Virus record (IMG/VR): IMGVR_UViG_3300028920_000032
Span: 1 to 64,000 of that record
From: a virus
Strand: one strand, 5' to 3'
DNA: 64,000 bases
Made by a program: the position numbers and the translations under genes. How positions within the stretch are numbered: the stretch's first letter is position 1; each line of letters starts with the position of its first letter. Under the pieces are notes generated by a model. That model searched no databases. It saw only the letters and a list, made by a program, of their open reading frames with translations, and was not told where the DNA came from. Shown piece by piece: positions 1 to 13,400 of the stretch.

Positions 1-284
1 TCTAAAGCATTTCTAAAATCTGTATAATTAACTTCTCTATCAGTAGTGAAATTTCCAGCTAAATCATTTTGAAGATATTGGTTATTCTCTGCAGCTCTTT
101 CTGCAAAACAATTTTCTAAGTTAACAAAATCTGTTTGGTTTTGTGAAGAATCATGAGAAGTACAAAATTCAGGATCAACAAATGAATCGATTTTGTCACG
201 TATTTCTTTTACAATATTAAATTTAATTGCTTTTCTTCGACTTCTCCATTGAAAAACTCCTGGACTACTTGTATTTTTAGCCAT
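1..284 (-). CDS. partial ORF (runs off window start), distant paralogue of 296..760; fibre-associated protein
   Basis: ATG at 284 after GGAG SD; translates MAKNTSSPGVFQWRSRRKAIKFNIVKEIRDKIDSFVDPEFC..., sharing F.W...I..E(I/L)R..ID with the neighbouring ORF. Confidence 0.7.
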   Translation of the reverse strand, partial: MAKNTSSPGVFQWRSRRKAIKFNIVKEIRDKIDSFVDPEFCTSHDSSQNQTDFVNLENCFAERAAENNQYLQNDLAGNFTTDREVNYTDFRNAL

Positions 285-295
285 AATTAACTCCA

Positions 296-760
296 TTATA
301 TATTATCATAATTAGAATCATATCCTTGATCATATCCACTTTTATATGTAGAATTATTGGTAGCATCAATAGTAGAATCTTTAGCACTTTCATATCCAAC
401 TTCTTGTGTATTATCTTCTGTGTTGTGTTCAGTTGCATTGTTAGTTATATACCTATTTGAATCTCTAGATTGTTCTACTGCCCCATAAAAAGTTGAATTA
501 TCACTTTTATACACCAAAGTACAACCAGTAGCGGCGTACTGTCGACAATAATTATTTTGTCTTAAAATGTCTAAATTGTTAATTATTTCTATATATGAAC
601 TTTCTTTAGTTAAGTCATCAATATCACTTTTCCATTGTAACTGCTCATCACTATTTAAAACTTCATGGGCTAATAAATCAATTCGTTTTCTTAATTCAAG
701 AACAACGTCTTTACTAATAACATTGTTGTTTTCTTTTAATGTTTTCCATTTAAAACTCAT
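296..760 (-). CDS. hypothetical protein with short-period polar repeat tail (probable start MSFKW at 760)
   Basis: TAATG stop/start overlap with the upstream gene at 758-762; C-terminal half is a roughly 4-residue periodic D/N/S/T/Y repeat. Confidence 0.7.
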   Translation of the reverse strand: MSFKWKTLKENNNVISKDVVLELRKRIDLLAHEVLNSDEQLQWKSDIDDLTKESSYIEIINNLDILRQNNYCRQYAATGCTLVYKSDNSTFYGAVEQSRDSNRYITNNATEHNTEDNTQEVGYESAKDSTIDATNNSTYKSGYDQGYDSNYDNI

Positions 761-1452
761 TACAAAACTCCATTGAAACAAATGACACTATTTGGATATT
801 TAGATATAATTAGCTTTCTTGTTGTGTTTGTATAAATCATAGTATTGCCATCTTTTTCAAAACCAGATAAAGTTGATATATCATAATTTTTATTTAAACA
901 TATAATTAATAGTTCTTCAACATTTGAATCATCAAAGTAATTTTTTAATCCAGCAATATTTCCATTGAACTGACTCATTTTGTTTGAATTTTCTATAAAG
1001 TATAATACATTCTTAATATCACCCGTGAACGACTTTCTTATGTCATAATAATTATACAAACTATCTACTAACAAATAATAAGAGTCGATTGGTATTTCAG
1101 GATGTATTTCAATATCTAATTTTTTTGTAAATATTCTTATATCGAAATTAAATTTTAAATAATTATAATATTCTTCATTTAATTTTTTCATTTCGCTAAT
1201 TAAATGATCTACAATTTCATTTGTGATTCCATTTAAAAGATAACATGCTCTGAATCCTGTTTGCATCATTTTTTGTATTGTAACTCTCAAGCCTGGTTCA
1301 GTAGCAGCATTAAAATTTTTTAAAAAATCTTTGTCTATATCTTTTATTTTTATTGGATAATTTGTATCTATAGCAATGCAGTTATTTACTGCAATATCTA
1401 AATGATTTTCCCATGTTGCTATCAATAAATCATCAATGTTATTGAATTTCAT
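760..1452 (-). CDS. hypothetical protein
   Basis: 230-aa ORF, AAGGAAG SD, directly downstream of the giant fibre gene. Confidence 0.75.
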   Translation of the reverse strand: MKFNNIDDLLIATWENHLDIAVNNCIAIDTNYPIKIKDIDKDFLKNFNAATEPGLRVTIQKMMQTGFRACYLLNGITNEIVDHLISEMKKLNEEYYNYLKFNFDIRIFTKKLDIEIHPEIPIDSYYLLVDSLYNYYDIRKSFTGDIKNVLYFIENSNKMSQFNGNIAGLKNYFDDSNVEELLIICLNKNYDISTLSGFEKDGNTMIYTNTTRKLIISKYPNSVICFNGVL

Positions 1453-1462
1453 TTTAGCTTCC

Positions 1463-4400
1463 TTAAATTAGAATCCATATTCTCTTTGGTTTATTGTCAT
1501 ATGAAGATTCCAATACTTTACCTATAATTATGCCACGATCTTTTCTTTCTTCTTCTGTCGCTTTAGTTGCAAAACCATCATAATAAGAAACTAACATATC
1601 ACCAATTTCTAATGGTTCAGCAATCCAAACTTTTACTTTGCCAGACAGACCAATTGGTATTCTAGAATCTTTTATTCCTATTCCGCCAGAACCAAGACAA
1701 AATCCATATGTATCAGAGTAGACTCCTACTACTGCTTTGTCGGCTCTCTTCGAAGATAGCTCTATTCCTTGATCAGTCATTACATAAACATATCCAGGTT
1801 TATGGTCAGAGCTAGTTGGGGATATATCAAAACCCTCAGCCAAGTCATTCCATACCGCATTATAAATTCTATGTGCGGCGAATGCTCCTGCGACTCCAAC
1901 TCCATGTATTTTAGAATTTCCACTAGTTCCAGGTGTGGTAACATTGACACTTACTCCAGCATCTCTATCACTTGGTTCTAATATTTCACCTTTATGAGCA
2001 TTAGTTATAGTAATAATATTTGAATTTCTAGTTGCTCCAAAATCTGATAATGCATCTATTTCATCTTTAGTTTTTTCTGCTAGATTGATATTAGTTTCAT
2101 TTTCAATAATAGTTACTTGAATACCAGTTCCAACTGCTGTACCACCAGTACTTGGATTAATACCTTGTTGTGTGACATTGATTGTCCAAGCTAAACTTCC
2201 TCCAGTTGCATCCGTTACATCTGCAGGTGCCGCTGTTTCAGTATACAATGCCGCTCCAACTCTAGTTGCATTAAATTCATACATAGCATCTAATACATCT
2301 TTTGTTTTTTCTGCAACATTATCAGCAGTTTCATTTTCAATTATAACAACTTCTATACCAGATTTGTTTGCAACCTTTGGATCAGTTGAATCATCTACTC
2401 CTGGAGTTGTAACATTTGGTACTGCTACCCATGTTACATCTCCTGAATCAGGATTAGTCACATTTCCATTATAAATCATTGTAACTGTAAATACATCAGA
2501 TACATTACCAGAAGCAAAATCAGTAGAATAATTATCAATTGCTGTAGCTGTCTTAGCAGCCATATTAACTGCTGTTTCTGCATCAACTACTTCTACTCTT
2601 ATTCCATAAGCATCACTTATTTGTGGATCAGTATAAGTATATGATGAATCATCATACCAAACATAATATTTTATTTCTTGACCATTTGCATTGTTTGCAT
2701 AGAATACAAAATATTTACTAAATTGTTGTCCAGCAGCATTATCATCTGGTCTAGCATTAAATATTTCAACATTTCCTAAAATATTATACCATACATAATA
2801 TGTACCAGTCTTTGAGTTGAGCGTCCAATATTTGCCACTATGAGATTTGCTTGAATCAGCAGTACATGAAATTGTTGTCATTTCAACTTGTCCTGCAGTG
2901 CTTGGATCTCCTGGATCATATGATGGTGTTATTCCTTGTTGTGTAACATTAACACTTACTCCAGTTGTTTGATTTGTTGCGTCATCAATATGACCTTTGT
3001 AATTATTAGTAATAGTCACAACAGCTGAAAGGAAACTAGCTGTAAAATCAGCTAATGCTGTAATCGCTGTGGCTGTTTTGTTTGCCACATTAGTTGCTGA
3101 ATCAGTATAAGCTAAATCAACTTTTATACTAGTTCTTCCAGCAACATCTGGATCAACTGATTCATTTAAACCATTTGTAGTAACTGTTACAGAATCAACT
3201 GCTCCATCTCCAATAGAAGCATTTGTTACAGCTCCTTCTGTAATATTAGTTACTGTTATAACATCTGCTCCTGGTGCAGGAACTGAAAATTGTGGAGTTG
3301 CATTCAATATAGTAGCAGTCTGTGTAGCAACTTGACTTGCTGTCCAACCAGCAGTAATTTCAATTCTTATTCCAACTCTGTTTGGTAGCTGTGGGTCTGT
3401 ATAAGTTAATATAGAATCATCATACCATACATAATAATATCCTTCTGGTGCAGAAATTGTCCAATATTTTCCAAATGAATTAGTTGCATCTTTACAATCT
3501 ACTTGAGTTACCTCAGCCACTTCATCAACATGGTACCAAACATAGAATTCGTCATTTGGTGAATTCAAATACCAATATGTTTCAGAAAGTGCTCCGGCCG
3601 TACTTCCTGGACATGTAACTTCTGTTATTTCATATTGTCCGTCATCAATATAATACCATACATAATATTCTTCATTTACAGAACTTAAATTCCAATATTT
3701 ACCAGATAATGATCTAGCCGTGTCAGAAGGACATGAAATTTCAGCAATTTGTGCTACTCCATTTTGTGATTCGTTTGCATAATTTAGTGCATCATCTGTA
3801 TATTCAATTTTAGCATTAGTAAGGTCATCCTCCCAAGCTATATAATTTCCAGTTTTCATTTCTACTGTTGTGTCAACCTCTAGTGTTGTACATACTAGCT
3901 CAACAACATCTAAAGCAGAAATTTTTATATCATCACCTTGAATTATAAAGTTAGTTAATTCTGAAACTATTTCCCAAGTGTCAGATCCATTACCATTACC
4001 AATATAACCAGCTCTGTCGCCTGAATCATTTCTAAATTCAACATAACCATAACTCGCATCATCACCCTGTTGAACTGTTATTGCATGATTAACAACTAAA
4101 TTACCAGCTGTTAGCTCAGTTGTTCCTCTACCTATTAATATTCTATCATCAGCCGCATTAACAAATAACATATATTCTTCATTTTCTGATTCTATTCTAA
4201 AATCATAATCTAATCCATCTTCATTAAATATAGCAATTGTTGGTGTTAGTCGTAACCTTTCTGTGCCATCTGTTCTGTTTTGCGTTCCGTCGCCACTTCC
4301 ACCATCTGTACTTGATCCAGTAGAAAATGTTATTATTCCCGTTCCATTGGCTACTAAATTAAAATCTTGATCACTTTGCCAAGTACCAATATGAGTACCA

Positions 4401-7400
4401 TCAATACTGATATTGTTATTAGTTCCGTCTTTAATTATCCAAGCATCTTGTGATTCATCAAATCTAATTTCAGCATTAGTTTCAGTTCCTCTTTCTACTT
4501 CAAAATAACCATCATTAAATTCTGGTGGAGTTCCAGAAAATCCATAACGAACAGTTATATGATCATCAAATGTTGTCAATGTAGTAGTTGAATCAATTTC
4601 CATTACTGAAGCTTTTATTATTCCATTAATTTCTAAACAACCAGAACCAAATATTGCTAAATCACTACCTTGATGTCTAATAATAAATTTATCATCAAAA
4701 TCATCTGCAATCTCAACTATTAATGATGTATTACCAATGTCATCAACTTCAGTATATATAGTACCTTCATCTGATGCGTCAACTCCTGAAAATGTTATTT
4801 TATTAACTATAACATCACCAACATTATTATTATTAGATCTTAAGAAAGGATTCATTTTTCCTCTAAATATCTCAACTTCTTTTGATGTTATTGGTTCATC
4901 TCCAATTCTTATTAAACTATATAACGATTCAGCTTTTGCTGTACCATCTGGTCTTCCACCAATAAATGTCATAATACTTGGCTTAAAATCTACTAATGAG
5001 GCTGGGCTAAATGAAGCTTCATAAACAGTTTCATCAATATACATAGTTAATAAACCTTCATCAACATCCCAGTTGACTACTATTGTTTTTCTTTCATTTA
5101 GGTCGGTTAGCTTCTTTGTGACATCAGCTACTCCATAAGCTCCTGATTCTACTGATACTGTGTTTCCTGTATTATCTCTTAATAAGAACTTAAAATGATC
5201 GCTAGATGCTTCATAAAATAATTCATGAGTTACATATACTGTACCAGTATCATCAACTGCTCTACCTGCTACCAATGAATGATTGTTACTGTCATTATAT
5301 AAAAATTCAGGAGTAATTCTTAAGAATATATTTCCTTTTTTCTTCATAGACGTTGGATAATATAATAGACTTGTTTCATTAGCATCTATAGATGTTGGCC
5401 AATTGTTTGCTTCTATTTTTACATTATCAATTAAAAATTCATCAATTCTAGAGTCTTCATCACTATTCATTGATTTAATGTGCACATCAACATAACCTGT
5501 GTTATCAACTGTAAAACCAATAGCAAATCTTTTTATTCCATTAAAATTAATTTGTCTAATGTCAATATCTGTTAAGTTGTCATTTTCTGTTTCATGCGAA
5601 TATGTTCCATCTTCATTGAATTGTACTACTATGTCATCATCTAAAGCTGTACCAGTTAATTTCAATTCTATTGTTCCAATCTGTATAAATTGTACTCCGC
5701 TTATATAATGTTTTGAAGAAGAATTAGTTATAGTTGCCCTAGACCATATATCACCTTGTCCATATCCAACTGTAAATTCTCCAATATAATCATCTTCTGT
5801 TGAAAAAGCTTCTACTCTTACATCATCAATATAGAATTTAGATTCACTAGTTGGATTATGACTACCTGATTGACTACCAATAGAAATTTCAACTGGTGTT
5901 CCTAAGGCAGGCATTCCAGCTACTCCAGTTTGGTCAATTACTTCTACTCCATCAACTGCAATTTTATAACCACCATCTAGTGGGTGTATTGCATCAGCTA
6001 AATAAGCAATGTCAATATATTGTTCTACACCATAATTTATAACACTAGTAGCAGTAGTATCAGTTCCTGCAACACTATGTGAAGCTCTTAATTTGAATTT
6101 TCCATCGGCAGTATTGAGTTCTAATTCAACTATTACATTATTTACTCCACCTGGACCAAATTGACAAATTTCTATTCTCTTTGGATCAGATCCTCCGAGA
6201 ACAAAATTGCTATTAATTTTTATATAGAATCTTGCGTAAGTATAAGCATCACCTGAAATACCAGTTTTCTCTAAGTATAAGATAGGACCTGTTCCGTCAT
6301 ATTCAAATTCATAGCCATAATCACCATGCATTGCTGAACCAGCAGTTGCAGATATTGTTCCATCTGTTTGATCATTGCCACTAAACTGTGAAAGATCATT
6401 AGTTTCTGCATTACCTATAAATTCTCCAGTTTCATCAGCAGCTGCTGTATGATTAAATCTTACATGTAATGCATCACCAAATAAAGTCCTAGTTTCATAA
6501 GTTTCAGCAGTGAATTCGTCATAAGTTCCTGTAAAATCTCGGTACCAACCAATTGGTAATTCATTTTCTGAATTTACTAACCATCCTTCGCTATCTGTGT
6601 CTACTGCTCCAATTAATGTTAATTCATTTGTTATATATGAAGTACCTAATGCAAATGATAAAAAGTTCTTTTCTATAAAACTTCTAATATTGTCTGATTG
6701 ATTTAATTTAATTCCGTTTCCATCAAAAATACTATATGTTATTTCTTTTGAAGTATCATCTTGATTGACAAACATTATATTGCTACCTGGAACTAATCTC
6801 ATGTCATCAGTTCTGCTTTCTGGTGCATTAGTTGTAAATATACTCTCATTTGAAATGATGTCTTTTCCTTCTACCGTTTTAATTGAAAAATTAATTGGTG
6901 AATCTGTTCCAGCATTATAATCTTTCCATTTAATTACAAAATTACCATTGGGAAGTACTAGTGCTTGTAAATCTGTTGGTGTTTGAGATGATATAAGAGT
7001 ATCATGGCTTAATATTACTGTAGATAAATTAGAAGAATACATTGTGTAATTTAAATTATTAGAAGGATCTACAGTATAAAATATAGTGTATGTTTCATTA
7101 CCATTTTGATCTGTTGTTTCTGCAATTGCAACATAAGAAATATCATCTCCATCGCTTATTGCAGTTTTTGCATGTACATCAACCCCAGTTGTTATATTCA
7201 TTACTTTTGCATAGCCTTGATTTGCGATTGAATCGTGAAACGCAAAAGCAGCATAATCATTATCGTGTCCTCTACAAGCATACACATGATCAGCTGTATT
7301 AGAATCAATCGCATATTCTGAAGAAATTGCATGACCAGTAATTGCTATTGTTCTGAAGTAAGCTTTATTGTCTGAAGATTTAATATAAGTTATTATAACA

Positions 7401-10400
7401 TAAGATCCATATACTGCTAACCATCCTTCAAGTAGTGTATCAGAAGCAACAATCATTGTTGAGTCAGAGACAGCATATGTTGTGTAATTTACAAACTCTA
7501 CATAAACATTTCCATCGCGTTCTAATAAAACTATTACTAATTCATTAGTTGGGTCAGCTGTTGATATTGCCGGTTCGGCGTCCCATATTTTACTAACTAC
7601 TTGTCCAACAGAAGACCATTGGTGTGCTTCTCTTCTATCATACCAAGTATCAGAATCAAATTTTCCATAAGTTAATAGGTTAGTATGTTGATCTTCAATT
7701 GCAATTGCATGATTTTCTAATCCTTCGTAATAACGAGCATTAATTTTGTAATCTCTAAATGGTTCTACTCCATTATCAGAATATGGATGAGAATTATTAC
7801 ATTGTACTATTAATGTAGAATTTTTATCATCTAATCTTGGTACATTATAGTTTGTTTCTTTTATATCGATTATTGTTTTTGTACCAAATTCTTTGACAAT
7901 ATTAACTGGAATCAAATCTCTAGAAACTATTAATTTATCAACTAACATGCTGTATGTAGATGGTGTCCATGTTGACCATTCGTATCCAGAAATAGTTTGA
8001 GTCCAAGTAGATGTCCATCCACCACCCAAATTGAAATGAGTACTTAATATATTTCCTAAATGCCAATTGCTTGTTGTTATATCTGATCCTGCACTATCTT
8101 CAAATAAATTATTTTTTGGTGCATAAACTCTGTCTATATCTCTATCCCAAACAGTATATATTATTGTTTGTATTCTATTATAATCTCCTGCTCCATCACT
8201 TATGTCAACATAATCATATTTTGGATTATAAGTTTTACTTTGTTCTAATACAACTCCTAATTCATGCCATTGAGCATATTCAAAATTGTTGCTAGAATTA
8301 AAATATGGTCCAATTACTGATATTGTAGTTGTTAAACTGTTACTTATTATTAATTTAAAACAATAATTATCAGATGATAAATAATTTGTTCCATATGTTT
8401 TATTATCATATACTATTTGTATAAAATCAGCTCCATTCAAATTGAATGTACTTGTATCAGAATCATAATCTAAGCTATAACGTGAGTCAAATAAAATTCC
8501 AGATGTTTGATAAGAATCAGCTGGTTTAAAACGTAACCAATATGTAAAGTGATCAGAAACTAAATCACTTCTATATTCAATTCTTTGATCATCAAGTTTT
8601 AATATTGATTCTTCAGAAGAGTTCTCTTCATAGTTTTCAATACCTCTCTCAAATCTTTTCTCTATAAAAGCTCCGGCGTCATTTACTCTATCTACATATT
8701 TAAGAGCCAGTGAGTCAGCTGAATCACCTCTTGCTATTGATACAGAAGCTCCATTAGCATGTATATCTATTTCATCATTAGTTCCAAGTACTATAGTTGA
8801 ATCATTATTTACTATAGATCCTGTCCCAGCATTGTTTACTAAATAAAGCAATGATCTAGTTATTGTCACTATTGCATCACTATCAAACAATGTTTCATTT
8901 GCCGTTGGATCATATGGCAGTATAGAGTCAACAATTGAAATAGTTAGAGATGTTGAATATGGAGTAATTATTACTTTACGTCCACTTCCTAGTGTTGAAG
9001 TTTTTGCGTTAGTAATATTTGTGAATGTAAAAGTATTTGTTGCTGTCGTGTCATATGAATTTGGATTAAAATTTAATAATTGAGCATCATCACTTATATA
9101 TACATTATTAAAAGCTACTGATATTGCCCCATTAATATCATGAGTACCAGCATTACTTACTAATAAACCTTCTTGTTCAATAATAGAATTATCAACTCTT
9201 ACTATAATATTATCTAAAGCAACAGTAGTGTCTGTTATTATTTTTTTAAACTGACAATATTTTGCATTCAAATTATGATTGTTTGCTAATTTTAAATGAG
9301 TTGTAATTTTTATTCCTTGTAAATATACCTCACTACCAAGAGTTAATTGATCTATAATTGCAACATGTTCTGCAATTAATCGAATCCCAAATGTTTCGCT
9401 TATAGTTGCATTTGCTAATGTTGGAATAGTGAGATTAATATTTTTTATTATGACTATGTTTGGTCTAATTGCACTACATAATGTAAGAGCTTGTGCTAAA
9501 GTTTTTACTGGTGTTGATCTTGTTAAACCATCGCTAATGTCACTACCATTTACTGAGTCTAAGAAAATACATTCTGAATAATCTAAATTAGAATATTCTT
9601 GATTTCTTTTCCTATAATCATTTACTCCAACTGGATCTAATATTTTTACTAATTCATAGTCAGCATTTACTACTTCTTTTTTAGTTACTTCAATATCTTT
9701 TAATGGTGTCAAACCTCTTGTAGAAATTAATTCATTTTCTGATTTAAAATAATGAATATTACCATCTAAATATATTCTTCCTTTTTCGAATTCATCTGAG
9801 GAATAATATGGTGCTCTAGATATATTGTTTTGATTATAATCTTGAGAATTAACAAATATTGTATATAAAAAATTGTATTGATCTTGATCAAGTAAAGGTA
9901 AATTCACATATGGCAAATCTGGATCAGGTGCACCCTTTAATATATCAATTCTATTTCCTAAATCATTTATATTTTTATTAACTCTTACTAAGTCAATTCT
10001 TGGTAAAAAGAAAGAATAATCAGTTGTTATAGGATCGGTAGTATCTGTTGACCACAATGCTATGCCATAGTGCAATGCACCAATTCTTGCTAATGGTCTT
10101 GATAGTGATATTTCACTATTTGATAAGTTTTGTGGTTGACTTGCATGAAATTCATCACTTAATTCTGTTTGAGTTGTTGGTACTATAGTTCCCAAATCAA
10201 CTTTTTTTAAGACTTTTTCAGTTTTAATGTCAACAAAATATATATCTTCTGGAGTGATTGTATTAGGTGTATCTTTTACAACTATTCTTTTCCCTTCTAT
10301 TTCATATGTCCATTCTCCAGTTAGTGGTAAATTATCAGCTCCACCAACTTTAGCAGCGACTTTAGCAAGCATTTTCCACATCCAAAAATCTAGCCATATA

Positions 10401-13400
10401 GTATCACCAGTGTCTACTCTAGTTGTACCATTAGGGATATAAATTCTGAAGTCATGACTAGTTGGGTGATATGGTACTAAGAAATAATCTGCATTTTCCC
10501 ATGTAAACCCAAATGTTTGTGTTCCTTCTGTAACTAATGTTGTTGAACCTGGTATGGGTGTGTTTAGTATAATATCTAATCCATCTCTACTAAATAAATA
10601 AGTTCCAGATGAATCTTCTTCAATAAGTACTGATGAATCATCACCAGTTGTTGCTGAAGTAATTACTATATCACAATATTCAGCAGTTGCACCAATTGTT
10701 TGTAGTGAAGCTGTTCCACCTGTAAGATCTGTATTAATTGCTGATAATAAATCAGTCATAGTTTGTGCAGCTGAACCAGCAAAAGAAACATTATCAACAA
10801 CTGGTGTTCCACCAGCATCAAATGTTACTTTAAAAGTAAAAGTTGTTGAATCATTTGGTAATCCAGTTGCAGTAGATCCTGAAATAATTTGTCCTCTACC
10901 CTGTGAAAAACCTAATTCATTAGTAGAGTTTGTTTTTATTCTTAAACTTCCAGCAAGTATCTGATAACCTGTAGAAACTGCTGAATTAATAGATACATAT
11001 GTATTTCCGCCAAAACTAAAACTGCTTGAAGAAACTCTTCTTAGTTGATAACATTCAGCGCTATTCCAATCTAATAATTGTAAATTAGCTTCAGCATAAT
11101 CACCAATATCCATTTCTATTGTTCCGACACCAGTACCTAAAATGCTAGTTCCTTGTGTTGGGTTTAACAATTTAATTGCACAGTCTGTTTGTGTAGTTTC
11201 TTGAGTATTTGTGTGACCACTTCCTTCACCTGGATCAGCAGTCTTACTTTCAATTATTATTTTTTTAGTATTGTCTGAATAAGTGTCACCAAATTTTTCA
11301 TAATCAGTTATTGCTCTTGCTCTTATAACTGGTGTTAAGTCTACTTGTATACCAGAACCTTCTCTATATGCTGTTTTAAAACCATCTGCATTTATATCAT
11401 CACCATTGATCGCATCTACTACATCTTGTATTGTAGCTGCTGCTGATGCATCAAATACTATATTATATCCGCCAGAATCAGCATCTATGTCTCCATCATC
11501 ATAATCAACACCACCAACGTTAAATCCTTGAAGTATAATTCTAAATGATGAGTCACTATATAAATTAAATTGAAGTATACCTGACTTACTAGCTAATTGA
11601 CACCTTCCATCATCTAATTCTTCACTTACTTTTAAAATACATGGATCAGAATTTGCCAATGCTCCATTAGAAATTGTTGCATATAAAACATCTGCCGAAC
11701 TATCATAATAAGCACTATATGCATCTCTCTTAAAATATTTTTGTAATTTATTTAATGCATAGCTATAAAAACCACCATAAATAGTTGATGAGCTTCTAGT
11801 GCCACCTATGAAAATTCTATTATCAAATGCTTCAATATAATTTAATGTTGATATGTTGTCATCTATTTCTAAATGATCATTAGAATTTTCATAATTTGCT
11901 TCAACCCAACTAAATCTGGCAAATCTATCATCTCCTCCACCACCAATATCAGTATCATTATTTTGTGAATTACCAGTCCATATTTCTGGGCCATTTGCAT
12001 TATTTGTTATAAAAAGTTGGTATGTTTGTTCAGGATCTTCCCATCCATTATGTTTTACTATAGATTTTATATTATCAATTTGTGTCTTTTTATAAATTTC
12101 ATCTGCATACCAATCAAATGTTTGAGTACTATCATCATATAGTGCATATAATATAGGTGCATATATCCAATCAGTATATAAATTAGTAGTACTATCTCCA
12201 ACAAATATTAAATATTTGTTTGAAACCGATCCGCTTACATTAGCTTGCCAATCAATTGCATCATTAATTTGTGTAAACATTCGGTGAGTTAAATTAGTAA
12301 CCACTCCACCACTTTCACATTTTACTTCTGAAAAAACTGTTCCAGCCGCTAAGCCACTCCATACATCAGCAAAAAATATTCTATATGTGCTCATTATAAA
12401 TAAAAATCGTTTAGTATTAGCAACATCTTCATAAATAAAGAAATTATTAATTTGTTCACAGTTATTTAAGCTAGCATCAGTTAATTTCGTAAAAACTGTG
12501 TCTATATCTAAATCATCATTATATAAATTATTTGTGTCATCTGTAAAAAATAATTCACCTTCATTGTTTCCTATAATTAAATGTTCTTTTGAATTTGTTG
12601 TGAATGAATAGATTTTAGTAATATAAGCATCAGCTGTCCAACCTGAAGCATGTCCACTAAAATCTAATTGTATAACTCTGTCATGATGTGTTGACCATCT
12701 ATTATCACTTGTGTCAGATTTATAAGCATGTTCAGTATCTATATAATCTCTTATATCAGTTTCAGTGTCTGGAGTTATATATAATATATCATCACTATGT
12801 GAATAATAAGCTCTTTCTTTTTCTGAATCAGTATATATGGCAAATGTATTAATTTGTCTAGCTCTGGCAGTAATTGTATTACCAGTTCCTGCTACTGGTG
12901 AGGAGTGTGAAACGACTGGAGGAAAGCCAGCTGCTGGATATGCCGCACCAAATAAATTAGTTCCTGTTACTCCATCTCCTGTTTGTATAGAAGATTGTGG
13001 TCCATAAGAATCTGATACAAACTTTAAATCATTAGTTCCTGTAAATTCAAAATGAGCTTTACCTGATAATGCTGAATTAATTGCATTTACTACAGCAGCA
13101 TATGAAGTATCTGTAGAAGTCGTAAAATTAAATTCTTCTGCAGCTGCTCCATCTATTGTTAATTTAAAATAATAAGTACTTAATTGATTTAATCCTGAAT
13201 CATTATATGTAAATGGAATAGTTATTCCTAATTCTTGATATCCTTGAGTACTACTATTTGACATCACATATAATTCACAAGTATGATTATCATCTAATGT
13301 ATTATTTAATCCAACAGTAAAATTTCTAAAACCAGCATTAAACATTGCTTCAGTTAATTGTCGTCCTATTGTCTCAGCTTCAAAGTTAGATGTTGTAATT

